Of a stretch of 64,000 nucleotides of DNA, positions 15,142 to 30,284 are shown in pieces. The notes beneath the pieces were generated by a model. That model saw only the letters and a list, made by a program, of their open reading frames with translations, was not told the origin of the DNA and made no database searches. The DNA comes from Flaccisagitta enflata. Taxonomy: Eukaryota. Location: assembly GCA_965153355.1 (NCBI GenBank), contig OZ231126.1, positions 15,562,001 to 15,626,000 on the forward strand, in the 5' to 3' direction. The first letter of the stretch is position 1. Each line of letters starts with the position of its first letter. The position numbers and the translations under genes were made by a program.

Positions 15142-15603
15142 CTCTCAACTTCATTCATGTCACAAAAAGTTTTTGAGCATAGAGTAACAAACTTTGCGTC
15201 TGCAAAGGCAAATCTAATAAAGCCTTTTTCCTCCTCCTCTACTCATCCCTCTAGCACCCTCTTCTTCCTCCTCATCCTCCTCTTCATGTTTATCATCCTC
15301 CTCGTCGTCATCATCTTCTTCAGCACCTCACCCTGGCTTCTCCGGAGATGGCAAAGGCATGTCTTATTTTGTCTTTGTCCGACACTCAGCAGGTTGCCTT
15401 TTCTTGTCTTTTGTTGTCTTTTCTTACCCAATTTCTTTCTTTCTTTTTTTTTTGAGAAATGAACCAAGTCTGTACCAAAACCAATTTCCGAAATTCCATA
15501 TAACTAAACATTCCACTCTGTCTTTGTTATCTTTGTCTGATTGTTTGTAGGTCTGTCTGTCTGTTTGTATGTCTGTCTCTGTTTGTATGTCTGTCTCTGT
15601 GTT

Positions 15604-15670
<67 letters not shown>

Positions 15671-16443
15671 GCCTTCCCCGTGCATTCAGGATTCCCCGAT
15701 TTACCTTGTCTGCTTCATTTAAGCATTATTGTTACCCCATGTTGACCATTAGGATTAGCAAAAACTTTTCCCCTTTCTCCATCATGTACACAAATAAATG
15801 CTCAGGGTGTTTTTCTGTTCTTGTGTTCTTTGTACTATTTTACTCTTCTTTACTTGTTCTTTTCTTTCCTTTTCTCTTTTCGTCGTTCTCTTTCTTGTTC
15901 TTCTTCCTTTTCTCTTTCCTTCTTCTTTTTCTTCTTCTTCTTCTTCTTCTTCTTCTTCCACTTCTGTCCTTTATTCTTTTTGTCCTTCTCCCTCGTTTTC
16001 TTCTCCATTTTCCTTGTATCCTGACCTTTGCTTACACTGGCTCAGATGACATTGTAGACATAAGCGCAGTTGACGATGCCGACGTTGATGACGACGACGA
16101 TGACGATAAACAAGTTGGGCCCACGATCGTGACGATGACGACGACGACGATAACGACGAGGACAGACTTTGGCGTGCTTCTTTGAAGGTAGCTTCGAGTG
16201 TCCCGTCAGAGACTCCCTGGCGCCGATTCTTCGTAATCGTCGTCAAAATCGTCATTGTTAATCGTCGTCATCGTCGTCGTTGTTCACTCAAACGGTATTC
16301 GATGACGTCAAATTCCAACAAATGTCAATATTGTTGTTCAAATGGACTTTTCAATGCGTCGCTTTGGCGCAAGATGGCAGCACACATTCCTTACTTACAT
16401 TTGTTCTCTTGTCTCTCTGTTTTGTTTCTCTTTCTTTCTCTTT

Positions 16444-16519
<76 letters not shown>

Positions 16520-17083
16520 TCCCTCTTTTCGCTTCCTTTTTTTCTTTCATCCTTCCTTTTTTTCTTTCATCCTTCCTTTATTTTCACATTTCTTACCCTC
16601 GCATTTCAGAGTTGAATTATTGGTATTTGATAGTGGGTGATTGTTTTAGAGGTGAATTGTTACCCTCTTGTGAGGTTGTTAACCATTTGTTGACATCCTA
16701 CCAACCATGTACTGACCCACTCCATCTTTATACGTTGATGCTTTAACCCCTTTTTTAAACCATTTAACCCTTTAACACTCTTCATTGTCTATAACGCACC
16801 TCATCGTTAGTCCCTCTCCTCATCAACCCCGCCTCATTAACCCCCAAATAAGACCTCATTAACCCCCTCTCAATTAACCCTCATGATTAGCCACCCCTCA
16901 ATTAACCCTCTCCCCATCCTGGTCCCTCCTCTTGGTCGCATCCAGGTGAAATTAGGAGTGAAAATACTGTGTACTGGGACTAGGATTTAAACAAAGAAAC
17001 AATAGCCGGTGGGGATGAATTTTTCATAGGACAAGACGGGGGTTAATGGTCAGCTTGGTCCTACAGCCTCTCCCCTCTCAGTT

Positions 17084-17159
<76 letters not shown>

Positions 17160-17479
17160 GTGACATTGAGGGGAAGAGAGGGGGTGGAGAGATTGAATTT
17201 CGTGCGACCAAGCCTCAAGACTGGGAGGAGTAAAGTGAAAGTGGAGAGGAGGAGGTAAAGCGAGAGAGAGGAGGGACTGGAACAAATACTCAACAACTAA
17301 TAAAGAATTAAAAACGCCAAAAAAACTATGTCATCAACTATCTATCATAGAATAAGATATGTATGACTTGACGCATTTGAGAAGGCTGTTGGAGTTGGCT
17401 GTTGGAGTTGGCTATTGGAGTGATGGTGTCTGTCTGTCTGTACTTGAGTTTCCAGTTAATATTCCAGAGCCTAATCATG

Positions 17480-17598
17480 TTTTTAGGTGCGAAAAGGCAC
17501 CTCTATTTAACTGGCTGTGTCCGTTGGTTGGTTGGTTGGTAACGCGTTTGTTCGACGATCCACGCGTCGCACCTTATTGGCCTACTTGGCCTTGTTTT
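17480..17598 (+). mobile_element. Short HINE-like element (distinct subfamily)
   Basis: TTTTAGGTGCGAAAAGGCACCT hairpin, (GGTT)n, subterminal CGCACCT, and 3' GGCCTACTTGGCC followed by TTGTTTT. Confidence 0.7.
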
Positions 17599-18366
17599 CT
17601 ACCTTTATTGCGGTTTTCCCAATAAAATGGATCAGCAAAATGAAATCCTGTTGTATTCGTGAGTTTGAAAGCAGAAATTGTATTTCTTTTCGTCGTTGAA
17701 CAATTTCTCAAATTTCACTGGAAGGAAATGAAGGTGATTTTAAAGAGTCATACTGTTTTTGTGTGAAGAGGTAATTTGTTTAACGGGGAACGCTTGATTC
17801 AGTCTGTCCATATTCTTCTTTCTTTTTCAAAGACGTCTCTCTCTCTCTCTCTCTCTCTCCTGGCAATGGTTCTGGGGTGGACCGGCGTCTTCCGTGAAAA
17901 TCCACTAAAGACAAGAATAATTTGGAGTAATCTTTGAGAGCATTTTGGAATCAACTCATCGTAAAATCCCGAACACACAGAAAGGGATACACACTAAAAA
18001 AGCCGAGGAAAATAAAAGATTATTTCAGATTGAGAAACTCTGGATTTTTTTCTTTTCGTTCCTTTTCTCTCTCATTCTTTACTTTTTCTTTCATTTGTTT
18101 TCTCATTTTTTTTCTTTTTACTTTTTTTTTTACTTAATCAAAGCATTTTTTTTTTCGTTTTGTTTGTTAATGGTTTTGAGAGACGTGAGCTGGCAAAAAC
18201 ACGCACAAGGCCATAAAGATAGATCCGTTGTAGGGAGAAAAAATACATAAACATTACACAACCGTTGACACTAACACATATGGTTCCAAGGATAGATTTT
18301 GTTTGCAAAGTCACAAAAACATTTAAACAGGCACAGACACACAGACCTGCACAGTGCACACCCTCA

Positions 18367-18463
<97 letters not shown>

Positions 18464-18613
18464 ATGTGAAGGCGGCGGCCGAGTGTTAAGCGATGATTAT
18501 AAATGATATCCTGTCAAAACAAAATGCTCGCTATTCCTCACAATTCTTTCATCCCGGAATGGTCAGGGTTACGCGGGACCTTAGTGAAACCGCCCGGCCC
18601 TGCGTCGGTCACA

Positions 18614-18701
<88 letters not shown>

Positions 18702-18840
18702 GTACTCACTTTTTTGATTTTTCGTTGTTGACAAATGTACGTCTATGAATTTTTCCCCGAGAAAGTCTGTGAATCACTTTCCAGGTTGGATTTATGATTA
18801 ACCTCCATTTTCAACCTTTACGACAAAAATGCAAAGTAAA

Positions 18841-19021
<181 letters not shown>

Positions 19022-19047
19022 AGAGAGAGAAGAAAGAGAGAGAAGAG

Positions 19048-19087
<40 letters not shown>

Positions 19088-19259
19088 AAGCAACTCTCTC
19101 TCTCTCTCTTTATCTCTCTCTCTCTCTGTCTCTCTCTCTCTCTCACTCTCTCTCTTTGTCTCTCCACTTACAGTATGTCTGAATGCCCAGGTTTGTTTTG
19201 AAGAGGCCCTTATGGTGCTTTTATGCTGCTTTTTCTGTTTGTTAATTTGCTGTTTCTCT

Positions 19260-19323
<64 letters not shown>

Positions 19324-19795
19324 CACGTAACCAAACTTGAGAGGTAGAAAGAGATTGATTGAGATTGTGAGTTACCTTGTTCAATTTTCTTCTTTTGGCT
19401 TTCTTACCCTTTTGTTTTTCGCTCTTTTTTCGGCGCTTTTGAGAATGCCGACGATATTTGGATATACAAATGAGAAGAAAAAGAAGAACCTTTTTTTCTC
19501 TGTTTTTAACTGTTTTTTTTTTTTTTTTTCTTTTTTCTTTTTTTATGTAGACCCTAACTTGTAAAGGATGTGACTTTGTAAGTCATTCCTTGGTTTATCA
19601 TGAAATCATGATTGAACAAACGACAGAACATTGAAATTTCCACTCTTAGTCATCCTGACTTGTGGATTCCTTTACACCCCCATTAGTTGTCCCAACCCCC
19701 CCCCCTCTCATACATCTTTAAAGTCTCCCCTATTTTGAATGCTATATTCAAGACACTACATTGTCTAACTAGTACTTGTCCTCTTTCTTCTCCTC

Positions 19796-20040
19796 CACCT
19801 CGATTGTTGACTCCCCACCCTCCACCCCCAGCCACCTCCCTTAAGTCTGTCTATCACCTCGATTGTTCACTCCCCACCCTCCACCCCCAGCCACCTCAAT
19901 TAAGTCTGTCTATCACCTCGATTGTTCACTCCCCACCCTCCACCCCCAGCCACCTCAATTAAGTCTGTCTATCACCTCGATTGTTCACTCCCCACCCTCC
20001 ACCCCCAGCCACCTCCCTTAAGTCTGTCTATCACCTCGAT
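19796..20040. repeat. Tandem repeat, ~59-bp unit x4
   Basis: CACCTCGATTGTTCACTCCCCACCCTCCACCCCCAGCCACCTC(CC/AA)TTAAGTCTGTCTAT is repeated. Confidence 0.9.
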
Positions 20041-20737
20041 CGCTCACCTCGTCTAAGGCATCAGTCGCGTTTCGCTGATAAATCCTTCAGATTCATTCAT
20101 CAGTGTCAAAAAAATCGTCGTTTAAATCAAAAATCGTCGCAAAAGGTGTTTATGTCTGTTTTATTCTCTATCTCTTTCTTTTCGTTAATCCCTCCCCCTT
20201 TTTCTCTCTTCGTTTTCTACCTCCTTTACCTCCTGTTCGTTTTCCTCTCCTTCTACTACTTTTGTCTCTTCTTTTTCTTCTTCTTCTTCCTCTCCTTCCT
20301 CTCCTTCTGTCTCTTCTTTTTCTTCTTCTCCTTCTCCTTCTTCTACTTCGCCTTCTCCTTCTTCTTTTTTATTTCTTCTTCTTCTTCTTCTTCTTCTTCT
20401 TCTTGTCCTTCTTCTTCTTCTTGTCCTTCTTCTTCTTGTCCTTCTTCTTCTCGTCCTTCTTCTTGTCATTCTTCTTCTTCTCCTCCTTCTTCTTCTTCTT
20501 CTTCTTCTTCTTCTTCTTCTTCTTCTTCTTCTTCTTCTTCTTCTTCTTCTTCTTCTTCTTCTTCTTCTCCTTCTTCTTCTTCTTCTTCTTCTTCTGCTTC
20601 CTCTTCTGCTTCTTCTGCTTCTTATATATATATATGTATATATATGTTAATGATATTATTTGTCTTCAATCTAATTTCTTTCTTTTTCTTTTTCTTTTTC
20701 TTTTTCTTTTTCTTTTTTTTCTTTTTCTTTTTCTTAA

Positions 20738-21198
20738 AGGGCTGATGTCCTAGATACAGGTGAACTACACGTCCGTCTGATATTTGACGCATGTATCACG
20801 TCCCTCTCCAAAGCTTCTGCCTCTCAGGCTCCTAAATCTGGCCTCTCAGGCTCAAATCTGGCCTCAGGCTCAAATTCCTCTCAGGCCTCAAATCCAGCCT
20901 CTCAGGCCTCAATACAGCCTCTAGGCCTCAACACAGCCTCTCAGGCCTCAAATCCAGCCTCTCTGGCCTCAATCTAGCCTCTTGGGCCTCAAATCCAGCC
21001 TCTTGGGCCTCAAATCCAGCCTCTTGGGCCCTAGATCCAGCCTCTCAGACCTCAAATTCTCATTGAATAATGTCAGACAGACGTAACGGTTCACGCCCTT
21101 TGGGGCCGCTGCCCTGCTCTCACTCCACTTCTTCAGCTAATCACTCCAAGCAGGGCATCGGGTACCGCTGACCATGTGCGATCCTTGGATGACTTGTT
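20738..21198 (+). mobile_element. Family B element, degraded 5' end, ~20-bp internal tandem array
   Basis: CTCTCAGGCCTCAAATCCAGC-like units. The GGGGCCGCTGCCCTGCT...AAGCAGGGCATCGGGTACCGCTGACCA tail is homologous to 4157..4250. Confidence 0.7.
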
Positions 21199-21638
21199 CT
21201 TTTTCTTTTTCTTTTTTTTCCCTTTCTTCCTCTTTCTCTTCCTCTTCCTCATCTTCATTCCCTTTTTCCTTCTTCCTCGTCTCCACTTTCCTCCTCAATA
21301 TCTTCTCCATGTTCCTCTATCCTTTTCATTTGTTTCTTTCCTATCTTCTAGCTTCTATCTCCCCCCTTCTCCTCGCCTCTTCCTCCTCATCTTTCGTTTC
21401 TTTCCTGTCTTCTAGTATCTCTTCCCCCCCCCCCCCTTCTCCGTTACTTCTTCCTCCTCGGATTTTCCTTCCATATTATTAAGCAACAGTTGCCGTTGTT
21501 AGTCTTTTTTTTTCCTCGAAACATCAGTCACCTTCTCCTCTTCCTCCTCCTCCTCCTCCTCCTTCTCCTCCCCCACCGGCCAATCGGAAAAACGAGAGAA
21601 AAAGCAAGGAATGTATTTCCTTGATTTATGGTTGAAAA

Positions 21639-21737
<99 letters not shown>

Positions 21738-22000
21738 GGGACATTATGAATAATGGAAAGTTTTTCAAAACCTTTGTTTTCGTTTTAATGATTTGTGGGT
21801 ATCTGACGATATATCAGATGTACAGGTCTTTTAAGAGATGGGCGAAATGATTAAATAATATTTTTTCAGCGCCTTCTTAGTTACACACCCTATGTTGAAA
21901 TTTAATATTGGTTCTTTGGAAGTTTTTGTTTCTGCTCAATGTAAGTTCAACACCCTTCGTCGATTATTGGTATGATCTATTGTTTGTGTTTATATGTTTG

Positions 22001-22094
<94 letters not shown>

Positions 22095-22185
22095 GGAAGA
22101 GAGAGAGAGATAGAGAAAGCGAAAATTATCAGTCATTGTCTTTGGTGGCCATCTGGAGCCAGATGAGGATCGACAAGTCCATGGC

Positions 22186-22278
<93 letters not shown>

Positions 22279-22529
22279 CCATAAACAACCACTATATGTT
22301 TCTCTCTTTCTCACCACACACAAACACAAACACATCTGTCACCAACGACTTCGGTGATGACAACTACATTAGCATCAACGACAACGACAACAACTACAAG
22401 GATAACAACCACCATGGGGCAAATAGTAACGATATCCAACAAAAAAAACCTTGGGCCACCATCGACGACAAAACTACATGTATGAGGAAGAGAGAGCGAA
22501 AACGGGACCGAAACATGGATAGATATGAT

Positions 22530-22690
22530 TGTGATAGGATCTTGGTGATAGCATCCTGGTGACAGGGATATTGATCACTATAATGTGATGAGATCTTGGT
22601 GATAGGACCTTGGTGACAGGGATATTGATCACTACAATGTGATGAGATCTTGGTGATAGGACCTTGGTGACAGGGATATTAATCACTATA
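22530..22690. repeat. Tandem repeat, 54-bp unit, ~3 copies
   Basis: GACAGGGATATTGATCACTA(T/C)AATGTGATGAGATCTTGGTGATAGGACCTTGGT is repeated. Confidence 0.85.
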
Positions 22691-23343
22691 TCATTCTTAA
22701 CTTCTCCTTTATGAGACACCTCTCGTGGGCAAGGACCTGTAAGACGTTCAATTAAAGTAAACCGCCTCAAGGCGATGTATAAATATGTATTCAAGGCTCC
22801 GTTAAAAGATATGCATATACCAATTTAATTTTTCCTACTTATGACTCCTTTTAAAGGGTGAGTATATAAAGAGAAAAGGTACACACTTACTTTGTTCAAT
22901 TGTAAATCGCGAAGTAGTATTTCTTTCGATTGAAAATCCTTAAGTTGAAATCTATCGATTTTAGCTTTTAAGTTGCTTGTCGCTATGACTAATTCTTATA
23001 TGTAAGCTCTAAATCAAGGGATATCCATTTAAGGATGGATTTAAGCCCAGGATTTCACTTCGCGAATCAGTCGAGTGTGGGTAAAGCAGACAAACCGAAT
23101 TTTCACTCGCGCGATTGAAATCTTTAAACCATGAACCATAATTATGCATATAAACGATAGACAAAGCTTGACCTTTTGGGTTGATCTTCCTTTCACTGTG
23201 TTTCGATGTCGTTGTCCTTCTACGATTTCTCTCTTCGTTGCTGCCACCGAGTCGCGTTTACCGTTTTAGTATTGTCATCTTTTGCGTTGTCTTGACCGTC
23301 GTCGTCGTCGTCGTCGTCATCATCATTATCCTCATTAAATCAT

Positions 23344-23398
<55 letters not shown>

Positions 23399-23604
23399 TA
23401 GTCCAGGCCATATAAACGATTGTTGTCAACATCCGTTGAACGTTTGTTCGCCGTCCGTTTTTTAACCGTTTTGACTGTATCCCGTCAGTGTCAATGCCAA
23501 AAGTTAATCTCGCTCAATTCTCCTAATTCGATCTCATCCTAATCATAATCAAATCCAATCCCCAAACATGGATCTCTCAAATTCGATTACGATGCAAAAA
23601 ACGA

Positions 23605-23690
23605 TGGTGGAGCATGATTGGTGGAGCATGATTGGTGGGGCAGGATTGGTGGGGCAGGATTGATGGGGCAGGATTGGTGGGGCATGATTG
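23605..23690. repeat. 14-bp G-rich minisatellite
   Basis: GGTGG(A/G)GCA(T/G)GATT, about 6 copies. Confidence 0.8.
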
Positions 23691-23768
23691 ACATGACGTA
23701 GCCCACATACCTTTCACGCTTTCAGACCCGACGGTGTCAAAAAACGCAAATTGACTCAATTCACATGA

Positions 23769-23885
<117 letters not shown>

Positions 23886-24231
23886 TCTTTTTATCCGTTG
23901 TCAGTCTCTCTGTCCTTCTGATACACGAGTTTGGGTGTTTCAAATCTAAGTCGTTTTTATATATTTAGTCCGTAATTAAATAACCATGAGTTTATTTCCT
24001 CGTTATATGTATATCTGTTGATTCATGCGGGATATTATTATCATTATTATTATTATTATTTATCATTATCTATCTTTTGTTTTCGTTTTTAATCTTCTTC
24101 GTGCGATATTTAATGATAGTAGTTCTGGTTGCGGCCACTCGGCATCTCTCTGATCTCTCCTTCATTTTCCCAGGGAAGTCCCACTTTTAAAAGCCTTTTA
24201 TTAGTTTTTTTGTCGTTTCGCAATGTTCAAA

Positions 24232-24316
<85 letters not shown>

Positions 24317-24386
24317 CATAGAACACATACGATCTTCGTAACTCTTTCTCTCTCTCTCTTCTTTGTCTTTCTTTGGTTGTATTTGT

Positions 24387-24462
<76 letters not shown>

Positions 24463-26195
24463 TCCCTATTTCCTTCTTTCTCCAGTCATCTCCTTCTTTT
24501 CCTCTCTTTCTCTTTCTTTCACTCTCCACTCTCCTCCCTTTCGCACCCACACATATATACAGTCAGTCTGTGGACAGATTACGATTTCAGGTCCCTGCTT
24601 TATAACTTCTTCACGTCTTTGTAGAGAAATAAAACTAAATTTTCTCTGGAAAAGAAAAAAGAATTTTTATTTTTCCTGGAATATTCACAGAAAAACTCTT
24701 TTTGTCCATTGTGTCAAGTTTTTTCAAGGAAACTGCTTATATATATATATTTGGATAGATTGTAAATGGAGGGAAAAGAAGGACCCGTGGGTTCACACGA
24801 GCGTCTGTTCTGCTGGGGGGGGGGGGCGGGGGAAGAGATCTAAGGGTAAGGGGAAAGAGGAAAGGAGAGGGAAGCGGGGGTTGAGAAGGTAGTAGAGTAT
24901 GATTTGAGGGAAAGATTGGGGTTGAAGAAATCCCAAAGAGGAAACTGTAAAATATGCCTGAGAAAAAACAAAAGGAACTTCTGTGATTTTCGTTTGAGAG
25001 AGAGGTGCCTTTTATGTTCGAGATCGTCCTCCACGGACAAAAAAAAATATATGTAAAAGGATGATATCTTTTTAACGAGTGTCTCTTTGATGTTGTTTGA
25101 TCGCTTTGTGGGTGTATCTTTTTCTCACCGGGACAGTTGAGGGCGGGGAAGGCGAGGGAGGGGGAAAAAAGAAAAGAAAGCGGTCCAGCAAGAGATAAGA
25201 TGAAAAGAGGTTATGGGTTCGTGAAAAAAGAGGCAGACAGAAGGGTTTCCTCTCTTTATACCGTGGCGCCGCGGTTAGGGAGTAAAGGGACTCAGGGTGC
25301 AGTCAAGTCTTAGCAAGGTGCGAGGAGGGGGGAGGGGGGGAGGAGTTAGGATCGAGAGAGGAGGAGGGGAGGGAGAAATGGAGAAGAACTTGTCGGAGTT
25401 TTGTTATGGGAGGAGGGAGGGAGAGGGAGAGAGATAGAGTTGATCGTTTGGGGGGAGGGGGGGAGGAGCAGACTGGCGCCACTGCGTAGCGTCGCTCGCC
25501 AGTATTTGTGAGAGAAACTCGTCTTTTAGTTTTACAATTTTTTTTTTCCCTTCAATAAGCATTTACTGCCAATTGCTGCTTTCCTTTTCTTTGATATTTT
25601 TTTTTTTGATTGACGCCTTAGTCATGCACTTCCGCCCATCATCGATATCTTCATCGTTACCATTATAATCGTCATAATTCGCAGCTGACGTCGATTTTGT
25701 TTTTCTTTTATTTTTTTTAAATCTTTTGTGGCTATTCTATCCGGAAGAAGTAGGAGGAAATTGGAAGAGGAAAAAGAGGAAGAAGGAGAAGAAGAAGAAG
25801 AAGAAGAAGAAGAAGAAGAAGAAGAAGAAGAAGAAGAAGAAGAAGAAGAAGAAGAAGAAGAAGAAGAAATAGAAAGAAGAGGAAGAAGAGGAAGAAGAGA
25901 AGAAGAGAAGGAAGAGGATGGGGTGGGGGTGGAATGACAGAGACACGAAGGTTTTGGGGTGAAAGATATATCTGGATTTGATAATGTGTCAATGACGCGC
26001 AAGAAAAGAAAGACTTGTCAATTAACGATTGACACACGAGGCGCTATAGTTTGGCAGTTGATGTATCACTCATGAAAATGTTTATAAACGGGATCAAATA
26101 TATTCCCTTTAAAAAAAAAAAAACTTCAAGCCACGTTTGATTTAATGGCGGTTTCTGTAATCTGAAGTATAAACATAACCACGCGTTGATTAGTG

Positions 26196-26287
<92 letters not shown>

Positions 26288-26749
26288 GACAGATTTTTCC
26301 CCTTTACTCATGAGAAAACGTCAAAAAAGGGACAAAGAAATGAAATATATGAATATGCTTTTATCTCGTGGGCGGAAGGTGTTAACAATGTGTCCCTTTC
26401 ACCTTTTCTTTTAATTCTGACCATTCTTCCTCACTTCTGGTGTTGTCGTTGTTGTTGTTGTTCACCTCCTAAGAAGTCATTTTGTGCCCGTCTTTTGTGG
26501 GAGCGAGTTTCAACCCCCATGGCGATCCCCTGATTTGTTTTTTGTTCTCCGCGCTTTCACTCAAAAGAAAAATACACGCACTAATCGCGAAACACACACA
26601 CACACACACATACACGTCAACACAAAGTGACACGATCACCAATTCTTCTTCACCAGTACAACAACAACAACGATCGGAATCAAGGAAAACAAGAACAACT
26701 AATACAAACAAAATTGCCATCTGCTTGACGACAACGAAAATGGCGAAAG

Positions 26750-26838
<89 letters not shown>

Positions 26839-26993
26839 CGTGTTTGCGTCCCATCTCCCAGCCAGTGTGGAACCAGATTCTGCGGTTTTATGGTTCAATG
26901 GCCGAATCTATACACGATTCTCTGATCACCACGTTGAAACTTTCTTCTTCCTGTCCATATTTCATATTCTCTTATTCTCTTTGTTCGTTTGAT

Positions 26994-27027
<34 letters not shown>

Positions 27028-27126
27028 ACACAGCTGCTGCGAGTTGTTGGCAAGCAAAAAGTGAGAGTGAGAGAATTTGTCAACTCCGCGTAGGTTTTTT
27101 TTTCTTCTTCTTCTTTTTTTCTTTGA

Positions 27127-27362
27127 GGGTGTTTCTAGTCAAAGAGGATCGCGTTTTGAAAGGGCCACTCGGTCGCTCGCTATGTTCGTTCGCTCGCACC
27201 GCTCACTCCGCTCACTTGCTCCGCAGCGCTACGCTTGCTTCGCTCGCTCACTCACTTCGCTCACTCCCTCGTGGGACAGTTGAAATTCTTGAATATGTGT
27301 TCACGCTGTTATCGCGTTTCACAGGAACAAACGCGTTTTTGGCGCTCACTAGAAACACGCCC
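27127..27362. mobile_element. MITE with GGGCGTGTTTCTAGT-type TIRs (possibly PIF/Harbinger-like), present in both arms
   Basis: GGGTGTTTCTAGT...ACTAGAAACACGCCC with a CGCT-rich interior. The mirror copy at 51928..52195 is flanked by AAA on both sides. Confidence 0.6.
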
Positions 27363-28614
27363 TTTGTCGTTATTCATTTCCTTTCCTTCACTGGGGGACA
27401 ATATGCTGATTTTTTTGTACCTCCACTGAGACATAAATCGGCAAAAAGAGAGCGAGAGAGAGAAAAAAAGTGAATGATTGTTTTCTTTTCCATGTTTTGA
27501 CGGCTCAGTGGTTGTTTTATAGGGATCTGGGGGATTACAGCCATTGCAATAGGTTAGACTTGTCACACCTGGGAAAATCTAATCCTAGTGAAAGCGTATT
27601 ACTACATCGTTCCTTCTGTCTGCCTCTTTTTCTTGTCATTCTGTCTATTTGCTTGTCTTTTAGCATATAACATCTGACTGCCTGTCTCTCTCTCTCTTTC
27701 TCTCTCTCTCTTCCTTTGAGGATTCATCTCTCTCTCTCTCGCGCGCGCCAGCGTAACGCACCCCCGTTGAGAAACGGGCGGTCTTGTCTTTTAAACACGA
27801 TGCGGGCGGGCTGATCGCGGGTGAGGTCGGCTAAGGGGTCGGTCTCGTTGGTAAGGTCGGCTTTGCACCATAATCGTGGAGATTCCCTAATTAGGATCGC
27901 AGACGAGCTTATCAGGAAGAATCTCCGGGTAAGAGAAACGGAGATAAATGCAGAGGCTTGAATGCTTGAATTTAGAGAAAAGGGAGAGGAAGATGAAAGT
28001 GATGAATATTGAGAAATCTCATCAGTTACAACACCCATCATCTCACGTAATTCAAAAGTCATTGTTGACCGACAGTCAAAAAAAGGCGTTACAAAGTACT
28101 TTTCTGTATATAACCTATACTTCAAATGTACTTAAAAAGAAACCTTGAGAAGATGTCTCAAAGCTAAAAAAAAAAAAGATTTCCCATTGCCCACAAATTA
28201 CGCTTTTTACACAACGGCTTTGTCTTCCTCCTCCTCTCTTCCTCCTCTCCTCCTCCTCTCTTCCTCCTCATCTCTTCCTCCCTTCCTCCTCCCTCATCGT
28301 TGCCCCGACGTCTCCTTTCCAAGTCGTAAAATCTAAAAGGCGACTCATCGTCGAGAATTTTCCCCGTCAAATCGGCGATCAAAAAAAAATACGATCAAAA
28401 AGGCGCCATGTAATGTTCTTTTTTTTTTGTTGTAGGCAGGCTCTCTCTCTCTCTCTATCTATCTAGTCGTCCAAATTACACTGCCCACCATCATCGCGGT
28501 CGTCGTCCACGTCATCAACAACATCATCACCGTCATCGACATCATCGTCATCACCCGCTGCGAAAGCAGCATCGTCATACGGTCTTGGAGACTCATCCAA
28601 TTCAGGATGCATGA

Positions 28615-28746
<132 letters not shown>

Positions 28747-29575
28747 AAGAGAGAGAGAGAATGTTGTGGCGCTAGTCTAGACACACAACTCTGGGAATCC
28801 TCACCCTCGACTTGCATCCCCAACTTCGTTGTCGGCGGCCTCCCGGGGAGTCATGGAGTCTCTGGCCCATTAACAAATCGACTTTGCCTCCGCCCTCACC
28901 TCCTCCTCCTCCTCTTCATCCTTCTCTTTCATGGCTATGGGCTATGGACCCTTATTCTATCATTGAAGGGATAATTGGAGTGACGAGGTAAAAAGGAAAT
29001 CTAGAGAGAATTGCCGCTGTTGTATTTATAAACGGATGATTGCCGCTCTTGTCGTACTTTCCTTCTTTTTTTCCCTACTTCAAGTTTTTTATGATCTTCT
29101 TAGAGACTCTAGAAAGAGAGACTCCAGAAAAGATTTTAGTCAGAGACAGAGTCAGAGACAGAGACAGAGACAGAGACAGAGAGAGAGCAATCAAGAATGA
29201 AGTAGAAAAGAGAAGAGATTGCTCCTGGCCGCCTAATAGTCGCCATTTACACTTACCATAGGACTTTGAATTGGTCTCTTGTATAGTATTATGGACTCCT
29301 TTACTCTTCCTCTTCAGTGAAGGTTAGTTTTTGATCCTTCTCTGTGATTTCTTTATTTCTTTCGATTTTCCAACTCCCATTTGAGTTTGACTTTATATGT
29401 TTTTAGTTGGTCTCTCTTTTTTTTAATCAGCAGCTACAGTGTAACAGTAACCTTGGTATTCATTATGAAAAGTTACATCGGTTATTAATCTATGCCTTTA
29501 AAAAAACTGATTTTGATTAAAAAAAACATTTACATCATTTCATCATTCACAGACCCCACACGAAGAGAGAGAGAA

Positions 29576-29689
<114 letters not shown>

Positions 29690-30230
29690 AAAAATAGTTT
29701 CTTTTGCGCAGAACTTTGTGGGCGTTTTGAAGACGCCAAATGCTGGACAGTTCGTGACAGTAACTTGAGAAATAGGCCCAATTTGGACATCTCACATTTC
29801 TTTTCCTCTTTTTGTTTCACCGGGGTTTTGTACCCAGCGTCCCGCATTGCCCAAAGCGACTGGACACAGTGGACACACAGACGGTCACAGACGGTCACAC
29901 ACACACACTCACACACTCACACAGACAGTCATCCACACACAAAAGGTGGACCCCGTAACCCGATCTGGTTATCGTGATTGGTTTCCCGGTCACATGACCC
30001 AGATACCCCATTGACCAATCACGAATCATCCTGGACTCTCCTCCCCCATCTCCCACCGCAAAAAGAAAGCGAGAAAATGTCCAGAAAAAAAAAAAAGAAA
30101 AAGAAAAAGAAAAAGAGAAAGTCGCTTCAAAGCTCTAATGGCCATTGAACGGTCAGCCAGAGCAAATGTGGCACCTCTACAACAAATAGAGATTGTAAAC
30201 AAATATTTTTTATCCCTGAGACGAAAGGAG

Positions 30231-30284
<54 letters not shown>

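Noticed and set aside
16740-16915. Telomere-like TTAACCC motifs
   Set aside because: They are dispersed and degenerate, not a tandem TTAGG/TTAGGG array.
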